Of a stretch of DNA of 64,000 nt, positions 48,226 through 58,188 are shown piece after piece. The stretch comes from an uncultured Muribaculaceae bacterium (lineage in GTDB: Bacteria > Bacillota_I > Bacilli_A > RF39 > UBA660), in NCBI GenBank assembly GCA_964397485.1, contig CAYNHT010000002.1, positions 158,061-222,060 on the forward strand, written 5' to 3'. Below the pieces are notes generated by a model. The model was not told where the DNA came from. It saw nothing but the letters and a program-made list of their open reading frames with translations, and searched no databases. The position numbers and the translations under genes were made by a program. The stretch's first letter is position 1. Every line of letters starts with the position of its first letter.

Positions 48226-51200
48226 ATGAATAAAAAGGGATTTACTTTAATAGAACTATTAGCGGTAATAGTTATTATTGCAATTATTTTGAGTGTTACT
48301 GTCCCATTAGTAATGGGGATTATAGATGATGTAAGAGATGCCGCAAACGAGAGACAAAAAGAATTAATAGTAAAAGCAGCGGAAAAATATGTTTTTTTCA
48401 ATAGTGATGTTTTAGCTGATATATCTGAAATAGACTCATTTACTTATATAACAATTGGTGATTTAATAGATGCTAATTTAATTGGTAGTAATTTAAGAAA
48501 TATAAAAAAGAATACTATTTTAAATAAAGATCAAAAGATAAAAATTATAAATAGAGGAAATGGTTATTATAGTTATTATTTTGTTGATGAAGATGGAGAA
48601 GAAGAGGAAATTATTATTATTGATAATGGATCTAATGGCGTAATTGATCCTGATTATACCTATAGTTATGGTAGTGGAACATCTGAAGACCCATATCAAA
48701 TAAGAGGTTTAACAGATTTAAACCATGTGCGCTTAGAAGAAAGTGCTAATTATGTTTTAATGACTAATATTAATGCTGAATATACAAGAGATTGGAATGA
48801 TGGTGCAGGTTGGGTTCCGTTAGGAAATTCTGTTAGTAATTATAATGGGATTATAGATGGAAATGGATATACAATAAGTAATTTATATATAAATCGACCT
48901 ACAGATGACTATCAAGGATTTATTGGTTATCTTGGGATTGATTCAAGTATTTCTAATATAAATTTAATTAACGTTGATATAACAGGGAAAAATTATGTAG
49001 GGGCGGTTTCTGGATATATAAACAGGTCAAACATTGATAGCGTTACAGTTGCTGGTAATGTATCGGGCTACAATAACATTGGAATGGTTTCAGGGTATTC
49101 AATGCTATCGGATGTATCAAATGTGGTAACGTTAGGTTCAGTAACAGGAAATAGTAATGTAGGAGCAATAAATGGTTATCAAAATAGAATGAATTTATCA
49201 AATAGTTATTCATTTGCCGATGTAACAGGAAGTAGTAATGTAGGGGGACTTGTTGGATATTTATATGGTTCCTCATCAAGTGCAACTGGAAATATAACAA
49301 ATTCTTATTTTTCAGGAACTGTATCTGGTAGTAGTTATGTAGAACCTATAGTAGGAAGGTTTAATAGTAATGTTAACATATCTAGTACATATTGGGATAC
49401 TGAAGTAACAGGAATATCTAGCGCTACTCATGGCGAAGGTTTATTAACTTTTAGGATGAAAATGGAAAGCAGTTTTATAGATTGGGACTTTAACAATGTA
49501 TGGGATATAATAGAAAATGAAACATTCCCTTATTTAAGGCATCAGGGAGGACCTTTGGACGAATATCCCGAGACTATCGATAATGGTGTAATGTTAGGTG
49601 ATGGTACAGCAGAAAATCCTTATCAAATAAGAAATTTAGCAAGCCTAGATCAAATAAGAAATGTCTCTAATGCGCACTATGTTCTTAAAAATAATATAGA
49701 TGCAAGTGATACAATAAATTGGAATGATGGTACAGGATGGCTACCAATTGGAGATAATTCCGTCAAGTTTAGTGGAGTAATAGATGGAAATGGGTATAGC
49801 ATAAATAATTTATATATAAATAGACCAACTACTGACTATCAGGGATTAGTTGGATATTTGGATACAGGTGGAGAAGTAAAAAATTTAATATTAAACGATG
49901 TTAATATCACTGCCAGAAATTATGCCGGAGGATTAGTTGGATATTTAAATGGATCATCATTGAGTAATATAGGTGTAAGCGGAACTGTCACTACTTATAA
50001 TTACGGTGGAATGATAACTGGATATGCCACTTTATCACAGATAAATAATGCCTTTAGTGTTGGTGATTTGACTGGGAATACTAACGTTGGAGGAATAAGT
50101 GGATACCAAAATCGAACTGATTTATTTAACAGTTATTCAGTAGCTAATGTAACTGGAAGTGGAACTGTTGGAGGTTTAACAGGATATTTGTTAGGTGCAA
50201 ATTCTAGTAGTCGAGCATTTATTACAAATAGTTATTATGCTGGAAAATTAGTTGGTGGTAGTTATACCGATATGATCGCAGGTAGAACGAATAGTTATAT
50301 AACAGTCACTGATACATATTGGGATGCTGAACAGGTTGGTAGAACTAGTTTGGGTGAAGGTCAAGCAATCTATACAATTGAGATGAAAAATAAAGATAGA
50401 TTCGTAAATTGGGATTTTGAAAATATTTGGGGTATCAATGAAGGTCTAACATATCCGTATTTGAAACATCAAAATGGTCCACTAACAAGCTATCCTGAAA
50501 CAACACAGGGAGGAATAACTTTAGGTACGGGGACTATTGATGATCCATATCAAGTATCTACATTGGTTGGGTTAGGTCAAATGGCTAATATAGTTAATGC
50601 GCACTATATCCTAATATCGAATATAAATGCAGGTGATACGACAAATTGGAATAATGGAACAGGATGGATACCTGTTGGTAATAATTCTGTAAATTTTATT
50701 GGATCAATTGATGGAAATGGTTATACAATAAGTAATTTATATATAAATAGACCAACTACCGATTATCAAGGGTTAGTTGGTTATCTTGGAACAAATGCAA
50801 GTGTTTCTAATTTACGATTATTAAATATTAACATTACAGGAAGAAATTATACATCTGGTTTATCAGGATATTCAAATGAAGCAGAGATAACAAATGTAGG
50901 AATAGAAGGAAATGTAAATGGTAATAATTACGTTGGGATGATTACAGGTTATTCGATGTCAACTAATATTAATCAGTCTTATAGTAATGGTGAATTGATA
51001 GGCACTTCATATCTAGGTGGAATAAGTGGATATCAAAACAGAATGAACTTAATAAATAGTTACTCACTTATTGATATAAGTGGAACATCATATGTTGGCG
51101 GATTAGTGGGATATTTAGTTGGTGGTAATTCTAGTCTTATAGGGCGAATAGAAAATTCATATTATGCAGGTAATATAACTGGAGGAAGTTATACAGATCC

Positions 51201-52347
51201 AATAGCTGGAAGAACTAATAGTTATATTAATATTACAAATACATATTGGGATGCTGAAAGTGCAAATATACCATCTTCTAGTAATGGTGAAGGTATGTTT
51301 ATTTTCCAAATGAAGAATAAAAATAGTTATGAAAATTGGGATTTTTCTAACATATGGAGTATTGGAGAAAATCAAACATATCCATATTTGAAATTTCAGG
51401 AGAATCCATTTGCTACTTATCCTGAAACAACAGCAAATAGAATAATTATGGGTAATGGTACTGTTGAAAACCCGTATCAAGTACCAACTCTTATTGGATT
51501 AAATCAAATAAGATATTTAATTAATTCTAATTATATATTGACAGCAAATATAAACGCTAATGATACATCTAGTTGGAATAATGGCGAAGGATGGATACCT
51601 ATTGGAGATAATAGTGTACAATTTAAAGGAACAATCGATGGAAATGGGTATGTTATTAATAATTTACATATAAATCGATCAACCTCTAGTTATCAGGGTC
51701 TATTTGGGTATCTAGGAGATGGAAGTAGTATCATTAATTTACACTTAAGTAATTTGAGTATTAATGGCAGAGATTACATCGGTGGGATTGCTGGATATGC
51801 AAACTTATCATCTGTTAGTAATGTATCTGTTCAAGGTGATATCAACGGTAGAAATTATCTTGGAATGATCGTAGGTTATTCTATGTACAGTAATATTGAT
51901 AAATCATATAGTAATGGCTTTGTAACTGGTGCTTCATATCTAGGAGGAATAAGTGGATATCAAAATAGATTTTATATGACAAATAGTTATTCTAGTTCTA
52001 ATATAAGTGGAAGCACTTATATTGGAGGACTAACTGGATATCTTTATAGTTCAACAAGTGCGGCTCGAGCCGAAATTATTAATTGCTACTTTGCAGGAAC
52101 AATAACCGGTGGAAGCTATACTGCTCCTATTGGCGGAAGGGTTAATAACCATACTGTCATCAGTACCTATTGGGATAAAGACATAAACGGAATTCAAAGT
52201 TCTACTAGTGGTGAAGGAAAAACTACGACTGAGATGAAAAATTTAAATACTTTTATAGATTGGGATTTTACCAATATATGGAATATTCAATCAGGCACAT
52301 CTTATCCTTTTTTAAGAGGTAATCAACAAATACCAGTGCCACAATAA
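48226..52347 (+). CDS. Giant prepilin-type N-terminal cleavage/methylation domain protein with four GLUG-type repeat modules
   Basis: MNKKG|FTLIELLAVIVIIAIILSVTVPLV (class III signal peptide, Glu+5), then a ~125-aa pilin-like head and an acidic linker (DEDGEEEE). Four homologous 309-aa modules follow, each with xDPYQI...GW(L/I/V)P(I/L/V)G...IDGNGY.I.NLYINRPT.DYQG and multiple xxVGGLxGY (GLUG) turns. Confidence 0.9.
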   Translation: MNKKGFTLIELLAVIVIIAIILSVTVPLVMGIIDDVRDAANERQKELIVKAAEKYVFFNSDVLADISEIDSFTYITIGDLIDANLIGSNLRNIKKNTILNKDQKIKIINRGNGYYSYYFVDEDGEEEEIIIIDNGSNGVIDPDYTYSYGSGTSEDPYQIRGLTDLNHVRLEESANYVLMTNINAEYTRDWNDGAGWVPLGNSVSNYNGIIDGNGYTISNLYINRPTDDYQGFIGYLGIDSSISNINLINVDITGKNYVGAVSGYINRSNIDSVTVAGNVSGYNNIGMVSGYSMLSDVSNVVTLGSVTGNSNVGAINGYQNRMNLSNSYSFADVTGSSNVGGLVGYLYGSSSSATGNITNSYFSGTVSGSSYVEPIVGRFNSNVNISSTYWDTEVTGISSATHGEGLLTFRMKMESSFIDWDFNNVWDIIENETFPYLRHQGGPLDEYPETIDNGVMLGDGTAENPYQIRNLASLDQIRNVSNAHYVLKNNIDASDTINWNDGTGWLPIGDNSVKFSGVIDGNGYSINNLYINRPTTDYQGLVGYLDTGGEVKNLILNDVNITARNYAGGLVGYLNGSSLSNIGVSGTVTTYNYGGMITGYATLSQINNAFSVGDLTGNTNVGGISGYQNRTDLFNSYSVANVTGSGTVGGLTGYLLGANSSSRAFITNSYYAGKLVGGSYTDMIAGRTNSYITVTDTYWDAEQVGRTSLGEGQAIYTIEMKNKDRFVNWDFENIWGINEGLTYPYLKHQNGPLTSYPETTQGGITLGTGTIDDPYQVSTLVGLGQMANIVNAHYILISNINAGDTTNWNNGTGWIPVGNNSVNFIGSIDGNGYTISNLYINRPTTDYQGLVGYLGTNASVSNLRLLNINITGRNYTSGLSGYSNEAEITNVGIEGNVNGNNYVGMITGYSMSTNINQSYSNGELIGTSYLGGISGYQNRMNLINSYSLIDISGTSYVGGLVGYLVGGNSSLIGRIENSYYAGNITGGSYTDPIAGRTNSYINITNTYWDAESANIPSSSNGEGMFIFQMKNKNSYENWDFSNIWSIGENQTYPYLKFQENPFATYPETTANRIIMGNGTVENPYQVPTLIGLNQIRYLINSNYILTANINANDTSSWNNGEGWIPIGDNSVQFKGTIDGNGYVINNLHINRSTSSYQGLFGYLGDGSSIINLHLSNLSINGRDYIGGIAGYANLSSVSNVSVQGDINGRNYLGMIVGYSMYSNIDKSYSNGFVTGASYLGGISGYQNRFYMTNSYSSSNISGSTYIGGLTGYLYSSTSAARAEIINCYFAGTITGGSYTAPIGGRVNNHTVISTYWDKDINGIQSSTSGEGKTTTEMKNLNTFIDWDFTNIWNIQSGTSYPFLRGNQQIPVPQ
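48670..52344 (+). repeat. Four tandem coding repeats with an exact 927-nt (309-codon) period
   Basis: The conserved Pro codon of the DPYQ motif falls at 48691, 49618, 50545 and 51472, each exactly 927 nt apart. Units start at about 48670, 49597, 50524 and 51451, and the last is 11 codons short. The copies have diverged; they are not near-identical DNA. Confidence 0.9.
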
Positions 52348-52391
52348 AACAAGCAATATACTATAGTAGCATTAGAGAGGAGAAATTTAAT

Positions 52392-52841
52392 TTGAAAAAA
52401 ATAATTTATATGTGTGTCATTACCTTAGTATTAATATCACTTATTGGGTGTGAGAAAAAGCAGGAAGAACGGGTAAAATGTTCAGATTATATTCTTGATT
52501 ATATGGCTGAAAAAAAATGGATTTTAAGTAATGAGGAGAATGCTGAATTTACTAACAATGATAAACCTAATATAATGTGGTCAATAGTTCATGATTACTT
52601 ATTTATAGATAAAGGACCGGATTTTTATGATCTAGATATTAGAAATAACAGTATCTATAAAGATAACGATTTCAAAAATAATGTTTATGATACATATAAA
52701 AATGAGGTTGAATTTGATAAGCTAAAATCTGAATTAATTTCGATTCATGAACATCTAGAGTACGTAGGTTGCCCTGTTTATGGACAATCACCTGACATAT
52801 TATTAAACTATAAGGAGTTGGAGCAAGAGAAAAAGAATTGA
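52392..52841 (+). CDS. Lipoprotein, unknown function
   Basis: TTG start after SD agagaggag; lipobox LISLIG|C. Confidence 0.6.
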   Translation: MKKIIYMCVITLVLISLIGCEKKQEERVKCSDYILDYMAEKKWILSNEENAEFTNNDKPNIMWSIVHDYLFIDKGPDFYDLDIRNNSIYKDNDFKNNVYDTYKNEVEFDKLKSELISIHEHLEYVGCPVYGQSPDILLNYKELEQEKKN

Positions 52842-52859
52842 TTATTATCAATTCTTTTT
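52830..52859. terminator. Bidirectional terminator overlapping both convergent stop codons
   Basis: 13-bp perfect stem aaaaagaattgat/atcaattcttttt, loop tatt. Confidence 0.75.
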
Positions 52860-54875
52860 TATGAAATTTTTAAAGTGATTTATATCAGTCACTGGTGAAG
52901 AACATGTGTTATTGCTGCAAATATAGGCTGTTGTTAAATCATTGATTTTTTTATAATTAGAAATTGATGGAATAATTTCTTCCAATAAAAAGTGATTATC
53001 TTTATTTGTTAACAACACACTTACATATGGATTAAAATCATTATTAATTAATGTCAATATATCTTGTGTTGTATAATTTTCTATTTCCCCATTTATTATA
53101 ATTTCTTTTGTTATTTCTGTTGAGTACATATAGCATATTAACATGAATGAATGTGCTGTTGGGTTGTTATTGATGCTATTTGAAAATGTTTTAAATTGGG
53201 TATCTGCTAATTGCTTAAATGAATAATCTCCAGTTAAGCTAAATAACCGTAACCAATTCATTGTTGCTACTGAATTGGCTGATGGCATTACACCATCATA
53301 TATTTCTTTTGGACGTTTTATTAATTTTTCACTATCGCTACCGTATAAAAATAAACCTCCTTTATCATAATCCCAAAAATATTTTTTTAGTTGCTCTTGC
53401 AATTTAATTGCTTTTTTTAAGTATTGCGGTTCAAATGTCGATTGGTATAACTCCAACAAGCCCCAAGTTAAGAAAGAATAGTCCTCAGCATATGCCAAAA
53501 TTGAAGATTCTTTATCTCTATATCTAGCTAGTAAACGCCCTTCTTTATTAAATAGATTATTGTATATAAATGTTACAGCTCTTTTGGCTGCTATAATATA
53601 ATTATTTTCTTTAAAAGTTCTACCTGCTATTGATAGTGCAGCTATTACTAGCCCATTCCAAGAAGTCAGTATTTTATCATCTTTATGTGGGTGTATTCTG
53701 TTATTCCTATAATCAAATAATTTTTCACGTATATCATTGTCAGCATTTATTTCATCTTTATCTATTAAATTTGGTATGTTTCTTCCGTCGAAATTTCCTT
53801 CGACAGTTATATTATATAGATTACAAAATTTTTCACCTTCCTCTTTTCCTAATATTTCAATTATTTCATTATAATCCCATGTATAAAATTTACCTTCTAT
53901 ACCCTCTGAATCAGCATCTTCTGCTGATAAAAAGGAACCATTTTCGCCAGTCATGTCTCTCAAAATATAAGATAATGTGTCATTGGCCACCTTCTTAAAC
54001 AACGCATCTTTGGTTACTAGATAGGCCTCTGTATATGCAATAGTCATAAGTGCATTATCATAAATCATTTTTTCAAAATGAGGTATTAACCACCTATTAT
54101 CTGTTGAATATCTTGAAAACCCAAATCCAATATGATCAAAAATTCCACCTTTATATATTTTTTTTAGTGAATTAGTAACTATCGAAAGCGCATGAATATT
54201 ATTTTTAGAATAATAATATCTTAATAAAAAAGAAAAATAAGTAGGCATAGGAAATTTAGGTGCATACCCGAAGCCCCCATAATGCTTATCATAATCATAA
54301 GACATTTGTTCAAATGCATAATCTAATACTTCATTAGAAATCTCTTCACTATAGTCAAAATTGGAAATTTTACTGATTATATCTGTTATATGATTGCTAG
54401 AATCGACAATTTCATTTTTTCTAGTTATCCAAAGAGAAGTGACCTTGGTTAGAATATCTATTAACCCAGGTCTATTGTGCGCTGCAAATTTTGGAAAGTA
54501 GGTACCGGCAAAAAAAGGTTTCTGGTCTGGTGTTAAAAATATAGTTAATGGCCATCCACCACTATGATTTAAGGCTTGGCATACTTCCATATAAATAGAA
54601 TCAATATCAGGTCTTTCTTCTCGATCTACTTTAATAGCTACAAAATTATCATTAAGTATTTTGGCTACATCAATATCCTCAAATGATTCTCTTTCCATCA
54701 CATGACACCAATGACAAGTTGAATATCCAATTGATAAAAATATAGGTTTATCTTCTTGTTTAGCTTTATTCAATGATTTTTCGTTCCACGGATACCAATT
54801 TACTGGGTTGTGAGCATGTTGTAGTAGGTATGGAGATTTTTCGTGTATAAGTTCATTAGTAAAGTTATTGTTCAT
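52848..54875 (-). CDS. Thioredoxin-domain protein, YyaL/DUF255 family (N-terminal Trx-like plus six-hairpin glycosidase-like domain)
   Basis: 675 aa with [24 protein letters not shown]...[20 protein letters not shown], typical of YyaL/SPATA20-like proteins. Confidence 0.85.
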   Translation of the reverse strand: MNNNFTNELIHEKSPYLLQHAHNPVNWYPWNEKSLNKAKQEDKPIFLSIGYSTCHWCHVMERESFEDIDVAKILNDNFVAIKVDREERPDIDSIYMEVCQALNHSGGWPLTIFLTPDQKPFFAGTYFPKFAAHNRPGLIDILTKVTSLWITRKNEIVDSSNHITDIISKISNFDYSEEISNEVLDYAFEQMSYDYDKHYGGFGYAPKFPMPTYFSFLLRYYYSKNNIHALSIVTNSLKKIYKGGIFDHIGFGFSRYSTDNRWLIPHFEKMIYDNALMTIAYTEAYLVTKDALFKKVANDTLSYILRDMTGENGSFLSAEDADSEGIEGKFYTWDYNEIIEILGKEEGEKFCNLYNITVEGNFDGRNIPNLIDKDEINADNDIREKLFDYRNNRIHPHKDDKILTSWNGLVIAALSIAGRTFKENNYIIAAKRAVTFIYNNLFNKEGRLLARYRDKESSILAYAEDYSFLTWGLLELYQSTFEPQYLKKAIKLQEQLKKYFWDYDKGGLFLYGSDSEKLIKRPKEIYDGVMPSANSVATMNWLRLFSLTGDYSFKQLADTQFKTFSNSINNNPTAHSFMLICYMYSTEITKEIIINGEIENYTTQDILTLINNDFNPYVSVLLTNKDNHFLLEEIIPSISNYKKINDLTTAYICSNNTCSSPVTDINHFKNFIKKN

Positions 54876-54933
54876 TAAACTCTCCTCTCTAACATTTAGT
54901 ATGTTGGAAACAACAAAAATTAGTCATTTTTTA

Positions 54934-54960
54934 AAACAAAAAAATCTGCATCTTGCAGAT
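54934..54960 (-). terminator. Intrinsic terminator of the 688-aa gene
   Basis: On the minus strand, stem atctgca/tgcagat with a 3-nt loop, followed by a T-rich run (plus-strand aaaacaaaaaaa). It abuts the stop codon at 54961-54963. Confidence 0.7.
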
Positions 54961-57027
54961 CTATATTTTCTTTTTTACTAAACTAAGTTGTTTAATAGCT
55001 TGTTTTGATAAAGGAATGCTTCTGTTGTTAAGATATTCTTGCCATTCTTTTTTTTGTTGTTCAAGAGTATTAAAATTGTTTATAAAATCCTCTTCAATAC
55101 ATGTGTTATATGTTAATGATTTTAAATCGATGTCAATATTGAAATAGTTTAATATTTTTATAATGAAACTAGGATTATAAAATCTATCTCCATGATTACT
55201 CGATAAAGAAAGTATATGTATATTGTTATATAATAAAAGCAAATCTTCTTTAGATAAATTATCGCTTTTTAAAATTAGTTCAAATACTTTTTCTATTGCA
55301 ATTTTATTTTTATCTACAATTGATTTTTCTTTTATTTGTCGTTCTTTATATTGATCAAAGCATTTATACAATTCTGATAATTGATCACCATATAGTTGTT
55401 TTAATTTCGCCAGAAAAGGTTTGTTAAAAGGACTATTAAGAGGATTAGCACAAGCTTTTTCTGAAATACAAAGATCAATGAAATCAACAAAATCATACTC
55501 AATGAATTGATTATTTATATCCTTGTGATAATTTTCCATGTTGAATAATTCTTCCATAATTGAATTTACGAAATAATCAGTACCATCTTCTTCTACCACC
55601 TTTTCTTGTTGTACAAAATTTTTAACGAATTCTAAAGCCTTTTCCTTGGTGTCAATATTAAAACTCTTTTGATTTGTAAATACAATTGGTCTTCCATCAA
55701 TATGAAGAATAAGAATCCCTTTTCCTTTAATAATTGGACTCAAAGAGTTATATGTTCCTAAAAATTGCTTTTCAATTATGAATTTGTCTTCATAGGGCAA
55801 TAAAATTTTAAGTGGATTAATTAAATTGTCATAATTAAGTTTTATTTTTGAATTTATGACTTCATAATATCCTTTATCAAGCTCCAAAAAATTTGGGTTA
55901 TTTACATAATCATATAAATTTTTATATTTTGAATAAATATCCTTTAAATTTTTTTCTTCATCTATTGTAAAAGATAATCTATTGTGTAGTTCACATAATC
56001 TAAGTATTCTGCTAACTTCTAGTGAGCAAGTATCATGATTTTGTAATTTTTCGCTATTTTTATATCCTTTAAGAATTTTTTTGATTTCAACTTGCTCTTT
56101 ATTTTTTTCTTCAAGTCTTCCAAGTTCTTTTATGTTATTTACAACAGGACTTGCCATACCAAAACAGTTATAAAATCCTTTTAATTCAATTATTTGTAAA
56201 TTTTTTAGTCTTGTTAAAAAAAGCATATTTGTTACTTTCCCATCAATAGATATAACTTCTAGATTAGGAGCAAAATCAGGTAAATAATTATAGTTATCGT
56301 TTAAATCTTCAGTGTCTATATTAGCAATTTCTAACACTTGTAAATTAGGCGCATATGATATCAAAAATAATTTCTTATAATTTATATTACAATTTATGAG
56401 TGCTAATTTTTCTGATTGAATATTAACTTGCTTTTCTAACGAAATATCACAACTGTTAAAAGTGTAGTCATTATTAGTGTTTTTGAAAATCCCAAAATCT
56501 TGTATATTCATATTAGAGAAAATTATATCTTGGTTTTGTAATAAAGTGAAATTTATATGTGGGCCAATAACACAATTGTTAAATGTAATTCCTTTGTTAT
56601 TTTTGAAGTAATTGTTTAAGTTGATAATAAGTTTATTATCTATGACTATATTGTTAAAGTATAGTTTGCTATTATTGTAGATGAGATCTAAGATATTTCT
56701 TTTCCTATCTTCTTCTACATATATTAAATCATTAGAATTACTTTCTATTGTTTCAATAAATTTCTTAAAATCAGTACTTCCTAGTTCTATGTTTTTACTT
56801 AGTGAATGAAAATATATACTACATGAATTAATAGTGAAATTATAATATAAATGAGTATGGAAATCATCGCCAAATATCCAAGCATCTCCATAATCGCGGC
56901 CACTTGCATATTCAGGCATGTTTATTTTATAAAATTCTCCGCTCCTATTATAAACAACAATATTTTTATTTGTGAATTGTCTTATAATTTTATTGTAAAT
57001 ATTTACACGATATAGTTCTAGATCCAT
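54961..57027 (-). CDS. Orphan 688-aa protein with a leucine-rich-repeat-like central region
   Basis: Long ORF with SD aggggga. The central segment shows LRR-like periodicity (NLQVLEIANIDTEDL...PNLEVISIDGKVTNMLFLTRLKNLQIIELKG). No catalytic motif or family was recognised. Confidence 0.6.
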   Translation of the reverse strand: MDLELYRVNIYNKIIRQFTNKNIVVYNRSGEFYKINMPEYASGRDYGDAWIFGDDFHTHLYYNFTINSCSIYFHSLSKNIELGSTDFKKFIETIESNSNDLIYVEEDRKRNILDLIYNNSKLYFNNIVIDNKLIINLNNYFKNNKGITFNNCVIGPHINFTLLQNQDIIFSNMNIQDFGIFKNTNNDYTFNSCDISLEKQVNIQSEKLALINCNINYKKLFLISYAPNLQVLEIANIDTEDLNDNYNYLPDFAPNLEVISIDGKVTNMLFLTRLKNLQIIELKGFYNCFGMASPVVNNIKELGRLEEKNKEQVEIKKILKGYKNSEKLQNHDTCSLEVSRILRLCELHNRLSFTIDEEKNLKDIYSKYKNLYDYVNNPNFLELDKGYYEVINSKIKLNYDNLINPLKILLPYEDKFIIEKQFLGTYNSLSPIIKGKGILILHIDGRPIVFTNQKSFNIDTKEKALEFVKNFVQQEKVVEEDGTDYFVNSIMEELFNMENYHKDINNQFIEYDFVDFIDLCISEKACANPLNSPFNKPFLAKLKQLYGDQLSELYKCFDQYKERQIKEKSIVDKNKIAIEKVFELILKSDNLSKEDLLLLYNNIHILSLSSNHGDRFYNPSFIIKILNYFNIDIDLKSLTYNTCIEEDFINNFNTLEQQKKEWQEYLNNRSIPLSKQAIKQLSLVKKKI

Positions 57028-57237
57028 ATTAATCCCCCTAAAAGATAGTGTTGTTGTATATTATAACACAAAACTATGAAGAGAATTAAAAATTTTAAAA
57101 CTTTTATATTATTAATTAAAATACAATTTATGTGTACATTATTATTTGATATTATCTTCTAAAGTTTTATCGGAATTTATCTATTATTAATCATATCTTT
57201 TATTTCAAGATAAAAACAATAATCATTGATTATTGTT

Positions 57238-57735
57238 TTATCTACCAACTCTAAATAAGTTTAAAAATAAGGCAAACCATAGTGAAAATTGAGTTTTAAA
57301 TTTTATGGTATATTCATATGTGCCAATTGTCTTGTCAACAAAGCTAATTATCCAACCCTCAATATATTTTGATGGTTTTGTAAAAGGAAACATATGTGTT
57401 TCAATGATGTTCTCTTCTTTTTTTGAAATGTTAAAATGGTGTTTTGCGTTTTTTGCAGCAATTTTTGGATGCTCTATTTGAAATTTAAAAAAATTTTTAG
57501 GGGTGCCATCTTCTTCTCCTAAGAAAAAATCATGTAATAACCCAGAGATTGCTGATGCCTTGTAATCAAGTTTGAAAAATCGAGCAATTTTATATGAATA
57601 ATATGAAACTCTCATAGAATGCTTTAATCTATTTGTTCCGTGATGTGAAAAATTCTTTATTTTTTTAAAATCTTTTTTATTTAGAATATGTGTAACTAAT
57701 TCAAAATAGTGTTTATCTTTTTTTCGAAGTTTCAT
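57238..57735 (-). CDS. HD-domain phosphohydrolase with C-terminal hydrophobic tail
   Basis: HHGTNRLKHSMRVSYY...SGLLHDFF (H...HD). ATG at 57735 lies 7 nt after SD aaaggagg. The track start at 57756 lies upstream of that SD. Confidence 0.75.
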   Translation of the reverse strand: MKLRKKDKHYFELVTHILNKKDFKKIKNFSHHGTNRLKHSMRVSYYSYKIARFFKLDYKASAISGLLHDFFLGEEDGTPKNFFKFQIEHPKIAAKNAKHHFNISKKEENIIETHMFPFTKPSKYIEGWIISFVDKTIGTYEYTIKFKTQFSLWFALFLNLFRVGR

Positions 57736-57852
57736 TTGAATTCCTCCTTTATTCATATATTTAATATTTTATATATATGCTATCTCTTTTTATGATATAC
57801 TAATTCTATTTTTATTGTCAATAATTTTATTTAAAAAATACAAAATCACTAA

Positions 57853-57880
57853 GAAAAGGAAAGGGTTACCTTTCCTTTTT
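57853..57880. terminator. Terminator hairpin downstream of the tiny minus-strand ORF
   Basis: 11-bp stem aaaaggaaagg/cctttcctttt with loop gtta, flanked by A and T runs. Confidence 0.65.
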
Positions 57881-57887
57881 TGTGCTG

Positions 57888-57977
57888 TTAATATCTTCCG
57901 CAGCCGCATGTTACGATTACTAAAAGAACAAATATAACAATTATAAATGCATAGTTATAGGTATATCCTCCTTGCAT
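57888..57977 (-). CDS. Tiny YjcZ-like membrane peptide (29 aa), not in ORF track
   Basis: Hand translation gives MQGGYTYNYAFIIVIFVLLVIVTCGCGRY. Strong SD aaaggaggga upstream and a terminator hairpin downstream. The core FIIVIF(V/I)LLVI is shared with the 43282-43371 ORF. Confidence 0.65.
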   Translation of the reverse strand: MQGGYTYNYAFIIVIFVLLVIVTCGCGRY

Positions 57978-58157
57978 ATCCTTCCCTCCTTTAATGTGCT
58001 CATTATAATGTATTAAGTTTCTTGAAAATCGGTTATAGTAGCAACCTAAAAATTATAATATATTGCTAAAAGGAAAAATTTAAATAATAGAATACAAACT
58101 AATTGGTTTGCTTTTTTTGTACTATTTTGTCCCCTTTATTTTGTTATACCCCCTATA

Positions 58158-58184
58158 TCCTCCTAATATTATTGTATAGGAGGA
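58158..58184 (+). promoter_or_regulatory. SD-sequestering hairpin in the P-type ATPase leader
   Basis: tcctccta (58158-58165) is the exact reverse complement of taggagga (58177-58184), which contains the SD of ATG 58189. The loop is 11 nt. Confidence 0.5.
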
Positions 58185-58188
58185 AAAT

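Noticed and set aside
48670-52344. Regular 927-nt periodicity, considered as a possible CRISPR-like or satellite array.
   Set aside because: The period is a multiple of 3 inside one uninterrupted ORF, and the copies are diverged at the DNA level but conserved at the protein-motif level. This is a coding domain repeat. No short repeat-spacer arrays were seen anywhere in the window.
38914-52347. Calling the surface-protein region a genomic island or mobile element.
   Set aside because: No integrase, transposase, recombinase, phage gene, flanking direct repeat or adjacent tRNA was seen. The only tRNA, at 26626, is 12 kb away. The region is interspersed with ordinary genes (DUF1801, an ABC exporter, DUF362).
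53630-55147. Plus-strand ORFs 53630-53998 and 54953-55147.
   Set aside because: They are antisense to the YyaL-like gene and to the 3' end of the 688-aa gene. The latter ORF also starts inside the terminator hairpin.
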